From an uncultured Gammaproteobacteria bacterium (GTDB lineage: Bacteria > Patescibacteriota > Patescibacteriia > 2-01-FULL-39-33), in NCBI GenBank assembly GCA_964573235.1, contig CAZNIV010000003.1, positions 1,482 to 65,481 of the forward strand: a stretch of 64,000 nt of DNA. The letters are read 5' to 3'. Both the position numbers and the translations under genes were made by a program. This document shows positions 20,082 to 28,927 of the stretch, in pieces. Numbering within the stretch: the first letter of the stretch is position 1; every line of letters starts with the position of its first letter. The notes beneath the pieces are model-generated. The model saw only the letters and a program-made list of their open reading frames with translations, ran no database searches and was not told where the DNA came from.

Positions 20082-21276
20082 AAAAATAGTTTATTTAGAT
20101 TATGCTGCTACTACGCCGGTGGATAAGCGGGTTCTGACAGCAATGATGCCATATTTTTCTGATAATTTTGGTAACGCTTCTTCAATTCATGTGGCGGGAT
20201 CCATGGCCTTGAGTGCAGTAGATAAGGCGAGGGGTCAAATAGCCCTTCTTTTGCATTGCAATGCCTCAGATGTGTATTTCACCAGTGGTGCTACGGAAAG
20301 TGATAATTTGGCCATTTTGGGGCTAATTAGGGGTATTGTTAAAAATCAAACAGGATTTAAGCCACATGTTATTGTTTCAGCAATTGAGCATGAAGCAATA
20401 TTAGAACCGGTCAAAAGGCTGGCTAATGATGGTTTAATTGAAGTTTATTTTTTAGGAGTAGATAATGATGGTTTAGTAAATTTAGATGAATTGAAGAGGG
20501 TTGTTCAAGAGAATACGGTTTTAGTTTCTATTATGTTAGCTAATAATGAAATTGGAGCTATTCAGCCAATTACTGAAGTTGCCTCAGTGATAGCAGATAT
20601 TAATATTGATCGTAAGCAGAAAATATATTTTCATACCGATGCCACTCAGGCCCCAGCTTATGTTAATTGTGATGTCAATAAGTTAGGTGTTGATACGATG
20701 TCGTTGTCGGCACATAAAATTTATGGTCCAAAGGGAGTTGGTGCTTTGTATGTTAAAAAAGGAACCCCTATGGAGTCTTTAGTTTATGGCGGGGGGCAAC
20801 AAGGTGGGGTGCGCTCAGGCACTTATAATGTGTCTGGCATCGTAGGATTTGGTCAGGCGATCGCTATTCTGGCGGATAAAAAAAATCAGATTAAAGAAAA
20901 TAGTCGGATCAAAAAAATGCGTGATTATTTGATTAAAGGTTTAAAAAAGAAAATTTCTAAAATAACTGTTAACGGATCGCTAAAGCAGCGGTTACCTAAT
21001 AATGCCAGTTTTATCATTCCGGGCGTAGAGGGGGAGAGTATGCTATTGATGTTATCGCAAAGAGGCATAGCAGTCTCTACTGGCTCTGCTTGTTCTTCAG
21101 GGTCACTAGAGCCGTCCCATGTTTTATTGGCTATTGGCGTTCCTCAAGAGTTGGCTCATGGTAGTTTAAGGGTTACGCTGGGGAGATTTACAGTCAAAAA
21201 AGATGTAGATAAGTTAATTAAAGAATTGCCTTTAATAGTTGAAAACTTAAGACGAATGTCGCCACTTAAAAGTTAA
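20071..21276 (+). CDS. nifS: Cysteine desulfurase (class V aminotransferase)
   Basis: PLP-lysine SAHKIYGPKG and active-site Cys GSACSSG. Start overlaps the rfbA stop. Confidence 0.9.
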   Translation: MLNKKIVYLDYAATTPVDKRVLTAMMPYFSDNFGNASSIHVAGSMALSAVDKARGQIALLLHCNASDVYFTSGATESDNLAILGLIRGIVKNQTGFKPHVIVSAIEHEAILEPVKRLANDGLIEVYFLGVDNDGLVNLDELKRVVQENTVLVSIMLANNEIGAIQPITEVASVIADINIDRKQKIYFHTDATQAPAYVNCDVNKLGVDTMSLSAHKIYGPKGVGALYVKKGTPMESLVYGGGQQGGVRSGTYNVSGIVGFGQAIAILADKKNQIKENSRIKKMRDYLIKGLKKKISKITVNGSLKQRLPNNASFIIPGVEGESMLLMLSQRGIAVSTGSACSSGSLEPSHVLLAIGVPQELAHGSLRVTLGRFTVKKDVDKLIKELPLIVENLRRMSPLKS

Positions 21277-21280
21277 AAAA

Positions 21281-21304
21281 AACTCCCTCAAAAATGAGGG
21301 AGTT
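21281..21304. terminator. Bidirectional terminator between nifS (+) and the pil operon (-)
   Basis: Perfect 10-bp stem AACTCCCTCA / TGAGGGAGTT, loop AAAA, with an A-run upstream and a T-run downstream. Confidence 0.75.
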
Positions 21305-21318
21305 TTTTAAAAGATAAA

Positions 21319-21633
21319 TTATATCTTTTTTTCGGTAAAGGGGATAGGAGCAATAGGAGTAAATGGACTTTTAATGTCGGTATAATTATTATTATCGATG
21401 GTTTTTGATTTTAGATTGGTAATGATTTCTTGGAGGTCATTTTTTTTGATGACATTCTGGCTTGTATTGTTGTTTAAGTCACTAGGGTTGATTTCACAAG
21501 AAAGTGGCTTATAGATGCTTTGATAATAAAAATTTATAAAAAATAATAAAATAACCAAGATTAATATGATAGTAATGGAAAATGATTTTTCAGTTAATAA
21601 TGAAAGATTTATTTTTTTTGTTTGATAGTTCAT
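21319..21633 (-). CDS. Small N-terminally anchored protein, last gene of the pilus operon (PilP-like position)
   Basis: One TM (FSITIILILVILLFFINFY). Follows pilO with a 6-nt gap. No family recognised. Confidence 0.5.
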   Translation of the reverse strand: MNYQTKKINLSLLTEKSFSITIILILVILLFFINFYYQSIYKPLSCEINPSDLNNNTSQNVIKKNDLQEIITNLKSKTIDNNNYTDIKSPFTPIAPIPFTEKKI

Positions 21634-21639
21634 ATGAGT

Positions 21640-22194
21640 TTAATTTTCTTGTAGATATACTTTGCCGATTAGCTGGACGGAAACAAAATCAGGGTTGTTG
21701 GTACTAGAGTTATCAGTTATGGTGATTGAGTCGCTATTATAGTAGGTTGGTAATAGGCTCATTTCTTTAATAAAATTTAATATTTTTAAGAAACTGCCAT
21801 TTAAAATAATTTTGAATATCAAAACCTTGGTATTGTTATTGATGTTTTGAGTAATGAAATCAGAACTCACATTGATAGTAATGTTATTTTTATTGGCAAT
21901 GGATTCTAATTGAGAGATGTATTCTAATTCTTTGTCTTTTAAGACAAAAATATTAACTGTCTGTTTAATAAGCTCTTTAGCGTTTTTAATATCCTCTTTA
22001 TTTTTTTTGTCGTTGGCGCTATAAGCGACTTTATTTTCTAAATCGGCTTGCTTAAGACTAATACTAGAGCCAATTTTTTTGATATCTTTAATGGTGGGTA
22101 AGGTAATAAAGAAAATTATTAAACTGGAAATGGCTAATAATCCAAGTAAACGATAAGTAAAGTTTTTTTGTAAATTTTTATCCATGGAATTCAT
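21640..22194 (-). CDS. pilO: PilO-like type IV pilus assembly protein
   Basis: Bitopic: TM, then a coiled-coil-like segment, then a small alpha/beta domain. Sits after pilN and overlaps the pilN stop. Confidence 0.6.
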   Translation of the reverse strand: MNSMDKNLQKNFTYRLLGLLAISSLIIFFITLPTIKDIKKIGSSISLKQADLENKVAYSANDKKNKEDIKNAKELIKQTVNIFVLKDKELEYISQLESIANKNNITINVSSDFITQNINNNTKVLIFKIILNGSFLKILNFIKEMSLLPTYYNSDSITITDNSSTNNPDFVSVQLIGKVYLQEN

Positions 22195-22717
22195 CTAAAT
22201 TTATTTTGGCCTTGATGGTAAAGGAATTTTTTTCTTGCGATAAAAGGTCGCTGTTGGGCAGAGCTACTTGAGAAATAAATCCAGAATCGTTAAGGATTTT
22301 TTTAAATTCTATTAAGGCATTGCGGTTAAGGGCGGTACCGGATAGCTCTATTTCTTTGGTTTGTTTGCGAACAGTGATGGTTTTTAAATTAATATCAGCC
22401 GGAATAATAGTAGATAGCTTGGCTAATATCTTAGTATCATTGTAATATTGGCTCTGAATAGCCTTAGCAGAATTAATTTGCTTGTTAATTGTGTTGATTT
22501 CTTGATTATGCAATTCAGCGTTTTGTTCTTGCATGGCATTTTTTTCGGTAACATTAATCAGTTGTTGTTCCAAAAAAGACTTAGCAATAACTAATAAAAA
22601 TGATATTAGTAAAGTAAAAAGTAAAATCAATAAAACTGATTCTTTGATTAGGGAATATGTTCTTTTGGCTTGAATAATTTTTCTTTGTTCTGGGGATAAC
22701 AAATTAATACCTATCAT
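22178..22717 (-). CDS. pilN: PilN-type pilus assembly protein
   Basis: N-terminus IGINLLSPEQRK, then a TM and a coiled coil. 4-nt overlap with pilM. Confidence 0.7.
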   Translation of the reverse strand: MIGINLLSPEQRKIIQAKRTYSLIKESVLLILLFTLLISFLLVIAKSFLEQQLINVTEKNAMQEQNAELHNQEINTINKQINSAKAIQSQYYNDTKILAKLSTIIPADINLKTITVRKQTKEIELSGTALNRNALIEFKKILNDSGFISQVALPNSDLLSQEKNSFTIKAKINLDEFHG

Positions 22718-23778
22718 AGTAAATTTTTATGATCAATACCTCTTAAGGCTAAGCCAATAGTGGTAGTATATGATTGAGAGCGATGAATATCAAAGTAGTT
22801 TGGTAAGTTGTTGATGACATTTTTCCAGGGGTCACTAGTGGAAACGGGTAAGCCGAGTCTTTCTTTTAAAAGATCGGATATACCAGGAAGATTGGCGCCA
22901 CCACCGCATAGGGTGATTTGCTTGATCTCTTTTTCGATACCAAAATTGTCTTCATAAAAATTAATCGCTTGTTTTATTTCGATTATTAACTCGTCTACTA
23001 GATCGGAAAGTATTTCAATTAGTGCTCCGTGGCATTTGTTGCGATCAAGACCGCAAACTAATTTTATTTTTTCAGCTTTTTCTTGGTCAATATCTAAAAC
23101 TTTGGCAATATCTTTGGTTAGCCCGTTACCAGAAATGCCAAGAGAAATAGTGAACATAATATAGCCATTATCGTAAACAAAGAGCCCGGTACGATTAGCA
23201 CCAAAATCAATAACAATTTGTGGATCAGTGGTGAGATTGACTGGAAAAAGGGCGCGAGCAATAGCGGCTGCTTCAATTTCGAGTACCACGGGCGTGATGC
23301 CTGCCTGACTAATAAGTTTTGTGTAGGAGTTAACAATATTTTTAGGGCAGGTGCCGATTAAGATATTGTAGTTAGTTGGGGTTTCTGAAATTATTTGCCA
23401 ATTGAAAAAGATATTTTCAAAATCTAGAGGGATATGTTGAGGAATAATTTCTTTGATTTTATTTTCAATGTCGGTATTTTTTTCTTTGGCGATAGTAATG
23501 ACTTTTAAAAACGTTTTACTTTCAGGTAAAGTTGCAACCACCTCTTTGCTTAATTCACCCGAGCCAACTTTGGTTTTGATTAATTCTTTTAGTTTTTCAA
23601 GACAAATTTCAGGGTTAATTATTTCACCTTCTTTGATGGCACCAATAGGTAAATTAACCTCATTATAGAATTGAATGATTTTTTTACTGTTATTTTTTTG
23701 TGTCAGCTGAACTAACCTTAGACTGGAATCGGAAATGTCTAGGCCAAAGGCGTGCTCAGTTGTTTTAAAAATAGACAT
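22714..23778 (-). CDS. pilM: PilM, actin-like ATPase-fold pilus assembly protein
   Basis: FGLDISDSSLRLV phosphate-1-like motif, IDFGANRTG, LCGGGANLPG. Confidence 0.9.
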   Translation of the reverse strand: MSIFKTTEHAFGLDISDSSLRLVQLTQKNNSKKIIQFYNEVNLPIGAIKEGEIINPEICLEKLKELIKTKVGSGELSKEVVATLPESKTFLKVITIAKEKNTDIENKIKEIIPQHIPLDFENIFFNWQIISETPTNYNILIGTCPKNIVNSYTKLISQAGITPVVLEIEAAAIARALFPVNLTTDPQIVIDFGANRTGLFVYDNGYIMFTISLGISGNGLTKDIAKVLDIDQEKAEKIKLVCGLDRNKCHGALIEILSDLVDELIIEIKQAINFYEDNFGIEKEIKQITLCGGGANLPGISDLLKERLGLPVSTSDPWKNVINNLPNYFDIHRSQSYTTTIGLALRGIDHKNLL

Positions 23779-23862
23779 AATTGATTAGGCACAATAGCTG
23801 AAGAATATTACTTCTATTATACAATAAAAATTAATAAATGACTAATGTATAAATAGTATTAA

Positions 23863-25329
23863 TTATTTAACCTCTTCCCAAGAAATAATGGAATAATAAT
23901 CAGAAGCTAATGGAATGTATGGAGGGGGGTTGTAAAGTAAGTTGGTATCATAAATAATATTTCTGATTTGGTAGCCATTTCCATCAGTGTAGGCAAAGCC
24001 ATATCTCAAATTGGTGGCAATCATACCATAGAGGGTGATAGTGCTTCTGGTATCGTAAGCTTCGCATTGGGAATGATCATAGTAGTATCTTCCTACGCGG
24101 CCATTTTGGGCGATAAGAGCCGCGTCTATTTCTAGGTTGTCTTCGCTAACTAGACCGACATTAATATTGCCTTGGGCGATTAGGGCCATGGTATCTTGAC
24201 CGTCGTGGTTGGTGTATTTAATGTCGTTATTAATAATTATGTTGTTTTTATTTAGGTTATTATCAATAAAGCGTGCTGAAGCAATAGTTAAATGGGCGGT
24301 ATTGATAGTGCCATCAACCCAAATATTGTCTTCGGCAAAAATTAAGCCGTTGGTGGGAAAGGCAAGATTAGAGCTGATTATTGTTTCAGTTCCAATACTC
24401 CATTGCGACCAATTTTCTTGATCTGACTTATTAGCGCAAGCTCCTTGAACTTTATATTGTTTATTGACTTTATATAGATCATAAGTGTCATTGGTTTTTA
24501 AAACAATATGATAGCCTTCAACACCGGAATTGCCCAGATATTTGCCGGATGTTTGCGCTATCGTTTTCATATTCGATAAGTTTTGAGTGATGCCAGTAAA
24601 ATCAAAGGCAGGGACGGATATTTGGCGACCGCCTAAAAACACATCTGGACGATTAGGCAGAGAGTTGGGTGGAGCTTCAGCGGCAACATAATTATCAGTT
24701 ACTTGTGAATTGGGTGGCGTTGTAACATGAGTATGAACGCCAAGTTCCGATCCGCCGGTGTGATCGGGGTCATCATAGGAAGCTTTTGAGGAGGCGACTA
24801 AGTTGTGTGCTAAGCCATCAAAGCGCACGCCATTATTGACTTGAATTTGGCCAAAAACTTCCGTGCCTTCGCCGAAGCGCATCATTTCATCGGCAGCGAC
24901 AGCAAACCTAGCTAATGATGGTATAGCCATACGTACTTTAATTTTTCGATAGGTAGATGAACTAACGTCTACTCTTCCGGTAGAAATAATAGTAATAATA
25001 GTTGAACCAACGGTTGGTGGAGTAATATCTAAAGAAAATGTTCCTATTTTTTTATTATCACGGTCATAATAGGAGTGTACATAAGGGCCAGCGCTCTGCC
25101 CCCCATCTTTGTAGTCGGTGGGGTTATGGGCCAAGTGCCAACGATAATATTCAATACCAGCCTCAGCTATTTGAAACGCTTGCTCGCTATTATTTAGTCG
25201 TTTGGCAGAAGTAAATAATATAGAGAACCAACCAGATAAACTAAGCATAATAAAAGTTCCTAATGCAGTGAATACTAGAATAGTTAACAGGATGTAACCC
25301 CTTGATTTTTTTGTTTTCTGGTTTGGCAT
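23863..25329 (-). CDS. PilX-like large minor pilin / pilus-tip protein (non-canonical prepilin N-terminus)
   Basis: KKSRG|YILLTILVF hydrophobic N-terminus without Glu5. QAFQIAEAGIEYY resembles the PilX_N motif. Gene order is pilV-W-X-like. Confidence 0.55.
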   Translation of the reverse strand: MPNQKTKKSRGYILLTILVFTALGTFIMLSLSGWFSILFTSAKRLNNSEQAFQIAEAGIEYYRWHLAHNPTDYKDGGQSAGPYVHSYYDRDNKKIGTFSLDITPPTVGSTIITIISTGRVDVSSSTYRKIKVRMAIPSLARFAVAADEMMRFGEGTEVFGQIQVNNGVRFDGLAHNLVASSKASYDDPDHTGGSELGVHTHVTTPPNSQVTDNYVAAEAPPNSLPNRPDVFLGGRQISVPAFDFTGITQNLSNMKTIAQTSGKYLGNSGVEGYHIVLKTNDTYDLYKVNKQYKVQGACANKSDQENWSQWSIGTETIISSNLAFPTNGLIFAEDNIWVDGTINTAHLTIASARFIDNNLNKNNIIINNDIKYTNHDGQDTMALIAQGNINVGLVSEDNLEIDAALIAQNGRVGRYYYDHSQCEAYDTRSTITLYGMIATNLRYGFAYTDGNGYQIRNIIYDTNLLYNPPPYIPLASDYYSIISWEEVK

Positions 25330-25344
25330 TTTGCTTAAGAGGTA

Positions 25345-25986
25345 TTAATAGTTATCTTTAAAGTTCCGAATAGATATTTGGGTGGTAAATATTTGTTGAT
25401 AAGGGGCTCGATTAATATCAATATCAGTAACAAGATTAATTTTTATTAAATTAATACTTTGAATGTTTACAGGCTGGGTTAATGGGGTGCTACTACCAGT
25501 ATAGGTGTCTGGATAATATTGAAAAACAGGAGTAGAAGAGGTATTGCGAAGACCTTCAATTAAAGTGCTAAATTTTTCTTGATTGGCTGGGTAGGTTATT
25601 GGTGTGCCGGTAGCTTTTATTACGCCTTTTTTAAAGTAATCTCCTGATACAAAATAATGTACAAGTTCAGTTGAGCCGTCTAGATCGATGTCGCTAAAAA
25701 ATATAAAAGTGGATGTCCCAGCCTGTTCAATGCCGTAAGCGCCGGTCATCGAGGCGCGGATAGAGCGAATTTCTGTTGCCATAGGGCGAATAATTGCCTT
25801 GGATTGACCTTCAGAGGTATAGCTTTCTTGAACATAGTTTTTAATGAAAAAAATATTTCGAGAAAAAGCACCAATGAGTAATATTATAATACTAGAAATA
25901 GCAACAACAATAGCTATTTCTAATAGGGTGAAACCGGTAGTAGTGGTTTTATGTTTTAAAAATGATTTAAACTTATGCTTTTTCAT
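25345..25986 (-). CDS. Prepilin-type minor pilin (PilW-like)
   Basis: Class III signal TTTG|FTLLEIAIVVAISSIIILL with Glu at +5. Confidence 0.75.
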   Translation of the reverse strand: MKKHKFKSFLKHKTTTTGFTLLEIAIVVAISSIIILLIGAFSRNIFFIKNYVQESYTSEGQSKAIIRPMATEIRSIRASMTGAYGIEQAGTSTFIFFSDIDLDGSTELVHYFVSGDYFKKGVIKATGTPITYPANQEKFSTLIEGLRNTSSTPVFQYYPDTYTGSSTPLTQPVNIQSINLIKINLVTDIDINRAPYQQIFTTQISIRNFKDNY

Positions 25987-27803
25987 TATTTTTGCATTAA
26001 GTTAAATATTGCTTCTTGCCAGGGTGAAGATAAACTAATACTTTTAGTTGAGCTTTGGTAGCCATCTTTTTCTATTAGAATATTGTATGAGCCAAGAGTC
26101 AAACCACCAAAAGAAACTTGTCCCGAAGGAGCACAGGAGTAGGTGTAAGTAATATATAAATCATTTAGTGTTGGAGTATATTTAGTATCAGTGGTGGTTA
26201 AAAATATTTTATAGCGAAAATATCTTTTTCCACTGGATGAAGATGATGGAATATTTTGATTATCAATAGTGAAATAGCTAGCCGCAGTGTCATCGGGACC
26301 AATAAATGACCAAGTGGTAGTGGCCGTATCTGTATCGGCAAAAGCCATCTGAGCTTTAATAGTAGTAGAGGCAGTGTTTATATTTGGTACCCATAAAATT
26401 TGATTATATTGAGGTAGTATTTGTGTATCAAAGGTCGAGGATTCTAGATTTCCGTTATTTAAATAGTAGCCAAAACTTTTGACGAGAGAAATTTGACCAG
26501 CAGTGGCATAATTAATACCACTAGAAAAGGAATAGAACTTTGCTGGGTTGGCGTAGCTTACTTGTCCGTCACCGCCAGACCAATCGGTTTGAGATAGATA
26601 GCCACGACCAGAAATTTTTTGGCCAATGTAATTTAAATTACCATCTGTTAATGTTACCCTGGCATCGGTTATGGCTAATCCGGTTACATTGTCTTTTACA
26701 GTGACAATTAGGCGGTTGGGATTTTTGGAGGCTAAAATAGCAAATACGGAAACGGTAGAGCTAGGTGAGATAAAAACTGGCCAAAGTGGATTGGTACCGA
26801 TCAAATCGTAGGTGGAGCTAGAAAAATTAAAATTATAGCTGTCCCATTCCATGTTGCTGAGATTAAGAGATCCGGAGGCGTCGGTGGTATATGGTTGATT
26901 GAATTTATAAACAGTGGGATTGGTACCAATAATTTTAGTTCCGGTAATTTTTAGGGGGACTGAGCCTATGGGGTTACACGATGAATTGAGAGTGGTTAAT
27001 TGTAGTTGGCTAGTTTTATCAATTGAGAAACTTATTTTGGTTAATTGTTGTATGCTAACGGTTGAATGCGGTTTGCTGGGATAAGGGTTTTCCGTGGCAC
27101 CGTTTTTGTAAGTTTTTTCTGTTGAATAGCCGGATTTAGAAACGGTTATTTCGTAATTTTGAGCGCTAGGTGGGGTGTCGACAATTTGAACTTGTCCGCT
27201 GGAATTAGTTACTTCATCAATACTGATTTTAGGAGTTGAGGCGTTATTTTCAATATGAACATTGGCGTCGGCGATTGATATGCCAGTTGCATCAAAAACA
27301 TTAATAAAAAGCGAACCGTTAGTAGAAGCTTGCTCGAGATTTTTTGGGGCAATAAAAGAGGAATAAATTAACGGTTGAAAATTTTTACAGCTAGTGCAAG
27401 TTACCTCCACTTCCATTAATTTATAGTCAGCCGGAGAAGTATCATTGCGGGTGCTACTACCAACTTGACCATCAAAGGCGTCATCAATATTTCTAATGGT
27501 AGTAGTAATTAAAAAGCTAAGATTGTTTCTGGTTAATGTTTGGAAACGGGAAAGAGTGCCACTAGGAACGCCATTAATTAGACCAACCGAGGAGTAGGGT
27601 AAATTATGGGCAATTTCAAATTGCTCGTTGGCTAAATCAATTGCCGCAGCTTTGATACGTAAAAGATTTGAACCTTCAACGAGTTTGGCATAGCCTTGGT
27701 ATATGGCCATGGCCACGATACTAAAAATGGCGATACTAAAAATGACTTCAATAAGAGTAAAGCCAGCACGGGATTTTATTGGCCTAGTTAAGTATTTTTT
27801 CAT
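25986..27803 (-). CDS. Giant prepilin-type pseudopilin (PilV-like N-terminus, 605 aa) with carboxypeptidase-regulatory-like beta-sandwich segments
   Basis: Class III signal SRAG|FTLIEVIFSIAIFSIVAMA. Segments such as ANVHIENNAS...YEITVSKSGYSTEKTY and ARVTLTDGN. Confidence 0.75.
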   Translation of the reverse strand: MKKYLTRPIKSRAGFTLIEVIFSIAIFSIVAMAIYQGYAKLVEGSNLLRIKAAAIDLANEQFEIAHNLPYSSVGLINGVPSGTLSRFQTLTRNNLSFLITTTIRNIDDAFDGQVGSSTRNDTSPADYKLMEVEVTCTSCKNFQPLIYSSFIAPKNLEQASTNGSLFINVFDATGISIADANVHIENNASTPKISIDEVTNSSGQVQIVDTPPSAQNYEITVSKSGYSTEKTYKNGATENPYPSKPHSTVSIQQLTKISFSIDKTSQLQLTTLNSSCNPIGSVPLKITGTKIIGTNPTVYKFNQPYTTDASGSLNLSNMEWDSYNFNFSSSTYDLIGTNPLWPVFISPSSTVSVFAILASKNPNRLIVTVKDNVTGLAITDARVTLTDGNLNYIGQKISGRGYLSQTDWSGGDGQVSYANPAKFYSFSSGINYATAGQISLVKSFGYYLNNGNLESSTFDTQILPQYNQILWVPNINTASTTIKAQMAFADTDTATTTWSFIGPDDTAASYFTIDNQNIPSSSSSGKRYFRYKIFLTTTDTKYTPTLNDLYITYTYSCAPSGQVSFGGLTLGSYNILIEKDGYQSSTKSISLSSPWQEAIFNLMQK

Positions 27804-27842
27804 TAAAAAAGAATTTATTACCGTATAAGTAACGTTTTACGT

Positions 27843-28925
27843 TTAGAAGTTATTAGCCAAGGAGTACATTGGCATCATAACGGCTAAGGCAACTATGGCA
27901 ATGGCGCCACCCATACACAACATTAAAACAGGCTCAATAATAGTCGGTAAATTGTTCATAGTATTTGAAACTTCTTCTTCGTAAAAGCCAGCGATAGTAT
28001 CTAAAATTTCATCTAATGATCCCGTTTCTTCGCCGACGGCCACCATTTGTTGCATGATAGGTGGAAAGATATCGGGGTGACTGGTAAAAACGGATTCTAA
28101 TTTTTGACCCTTTTTTATAAATTCTACCGATTCAATTAAGGCATTGCGATAAAAAGAATTGGTTACTACCTTAGAAGTTATTTCTAAGGCATTAATGATG
28201 TTAATGTCGGTTTTAATTAAAGAGCTAAGACTGCGAGAAATTCTGGCCAGATTAATTTTCGTAATAATCGGGCTGAGAATTGGTGTTTTAATCATAAGAT
28301 AGTCGAAAGTTCTTTTGCCAGAGGCGGTTTTCAATAAGCGAGTAATTAATACCGCTGAAAAAATGACTATGCCAAGGGTTAGTAAGCCATTGTTTTGAAG
28401 AAAACTACTAGTGCCAATTAATATTTTAGTGGCTAACGGCAATTCGATATTCATGTCTGTAAATACCTTGGTTAAGTTTGGCAAAATAAATAACATAATA
28501 AATATGCCAATACCCAACATGGCACATAAAATAATGATTGGATAAATCATGGCGCTTTTTATTTTGCCCTTGAGTTCGTAATCTTTCTTGGTTTGTAGGT
28601 ATAGAGTTTTTAATGTTTCTTCTAGTTTACCAGAAATTTCACCACTTTTAATCATATTAATGAACATTTCGTCAAAATCATCTTTGTAGTCTTCTAGGCT
28701 TTCGCCAAAATTTTTTCCTTGATTAATTTTGTCACTAACGGCAGTTAAAATCATTTTTAACTTTTTGTTGCTAGTTTGAGTAGTTAAAGTTTTTAAAGAT
28801 TCCGCCAAGGGGATGCCGGCCTTAATCATGATAGATAGGTTTTGCAATAAAAAAACTTTAGCCGTGACCGGCACTTTTTGAATTTTCTGAATGTAGTCAT
28901 CAATTTGATTAAAAGAAAAGCTCAT
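27843..28925 (-). CDS. pilC: Type IV pilus platform protein PilC (GspF family)
   Basis: Two T2SSF repeats and three TM regions. Immediately downstream of pilB. Confidence 0.9.
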   Translation of the reverse strand: MSFSFNQIDDYIQKIQKVPVTAKVFLLQNLSIMIKAGIPLAESLKTLTTQTSNKKLKMILTAVSDKINQGKNFGESLEDYKDDFDEMFINMIKSGEISGKLEETLKTLYLQTKKDYELKGKIKSAMIYPIIILCAMLGIGIFIMLFILPNLTKVFTDMNIELPLATKILIGTSSFLQNNGLLTLGIVIFSAVLITRLLKTASGKRTFDYLMIKTPILSPIITKINLARISRSLSSLIKTDINIINALEITSKVVTNSFYRNALIESVEFIKKGQKLESVFTSHPDIFPPIMQQMVAVGEETGSLDEILDTIAGFYEEEVSNTMNNLPTIIEPVLMLCMGGAIAIVALAVMMPMYSLANNF

Positions 28926-28927
28926 AA

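Noticed and set aside
21600-21622. A8/T8 homopolymer inside the 104-aa pilus-operon gene, and similar A/T runs elsewhere, as phase-variation slippage sites.
   Set aside because: Runs of 7-8 A/T are common throughout this AT-rich sequence, including housekeeping genes. There is no evidence of frameshifted variants here.
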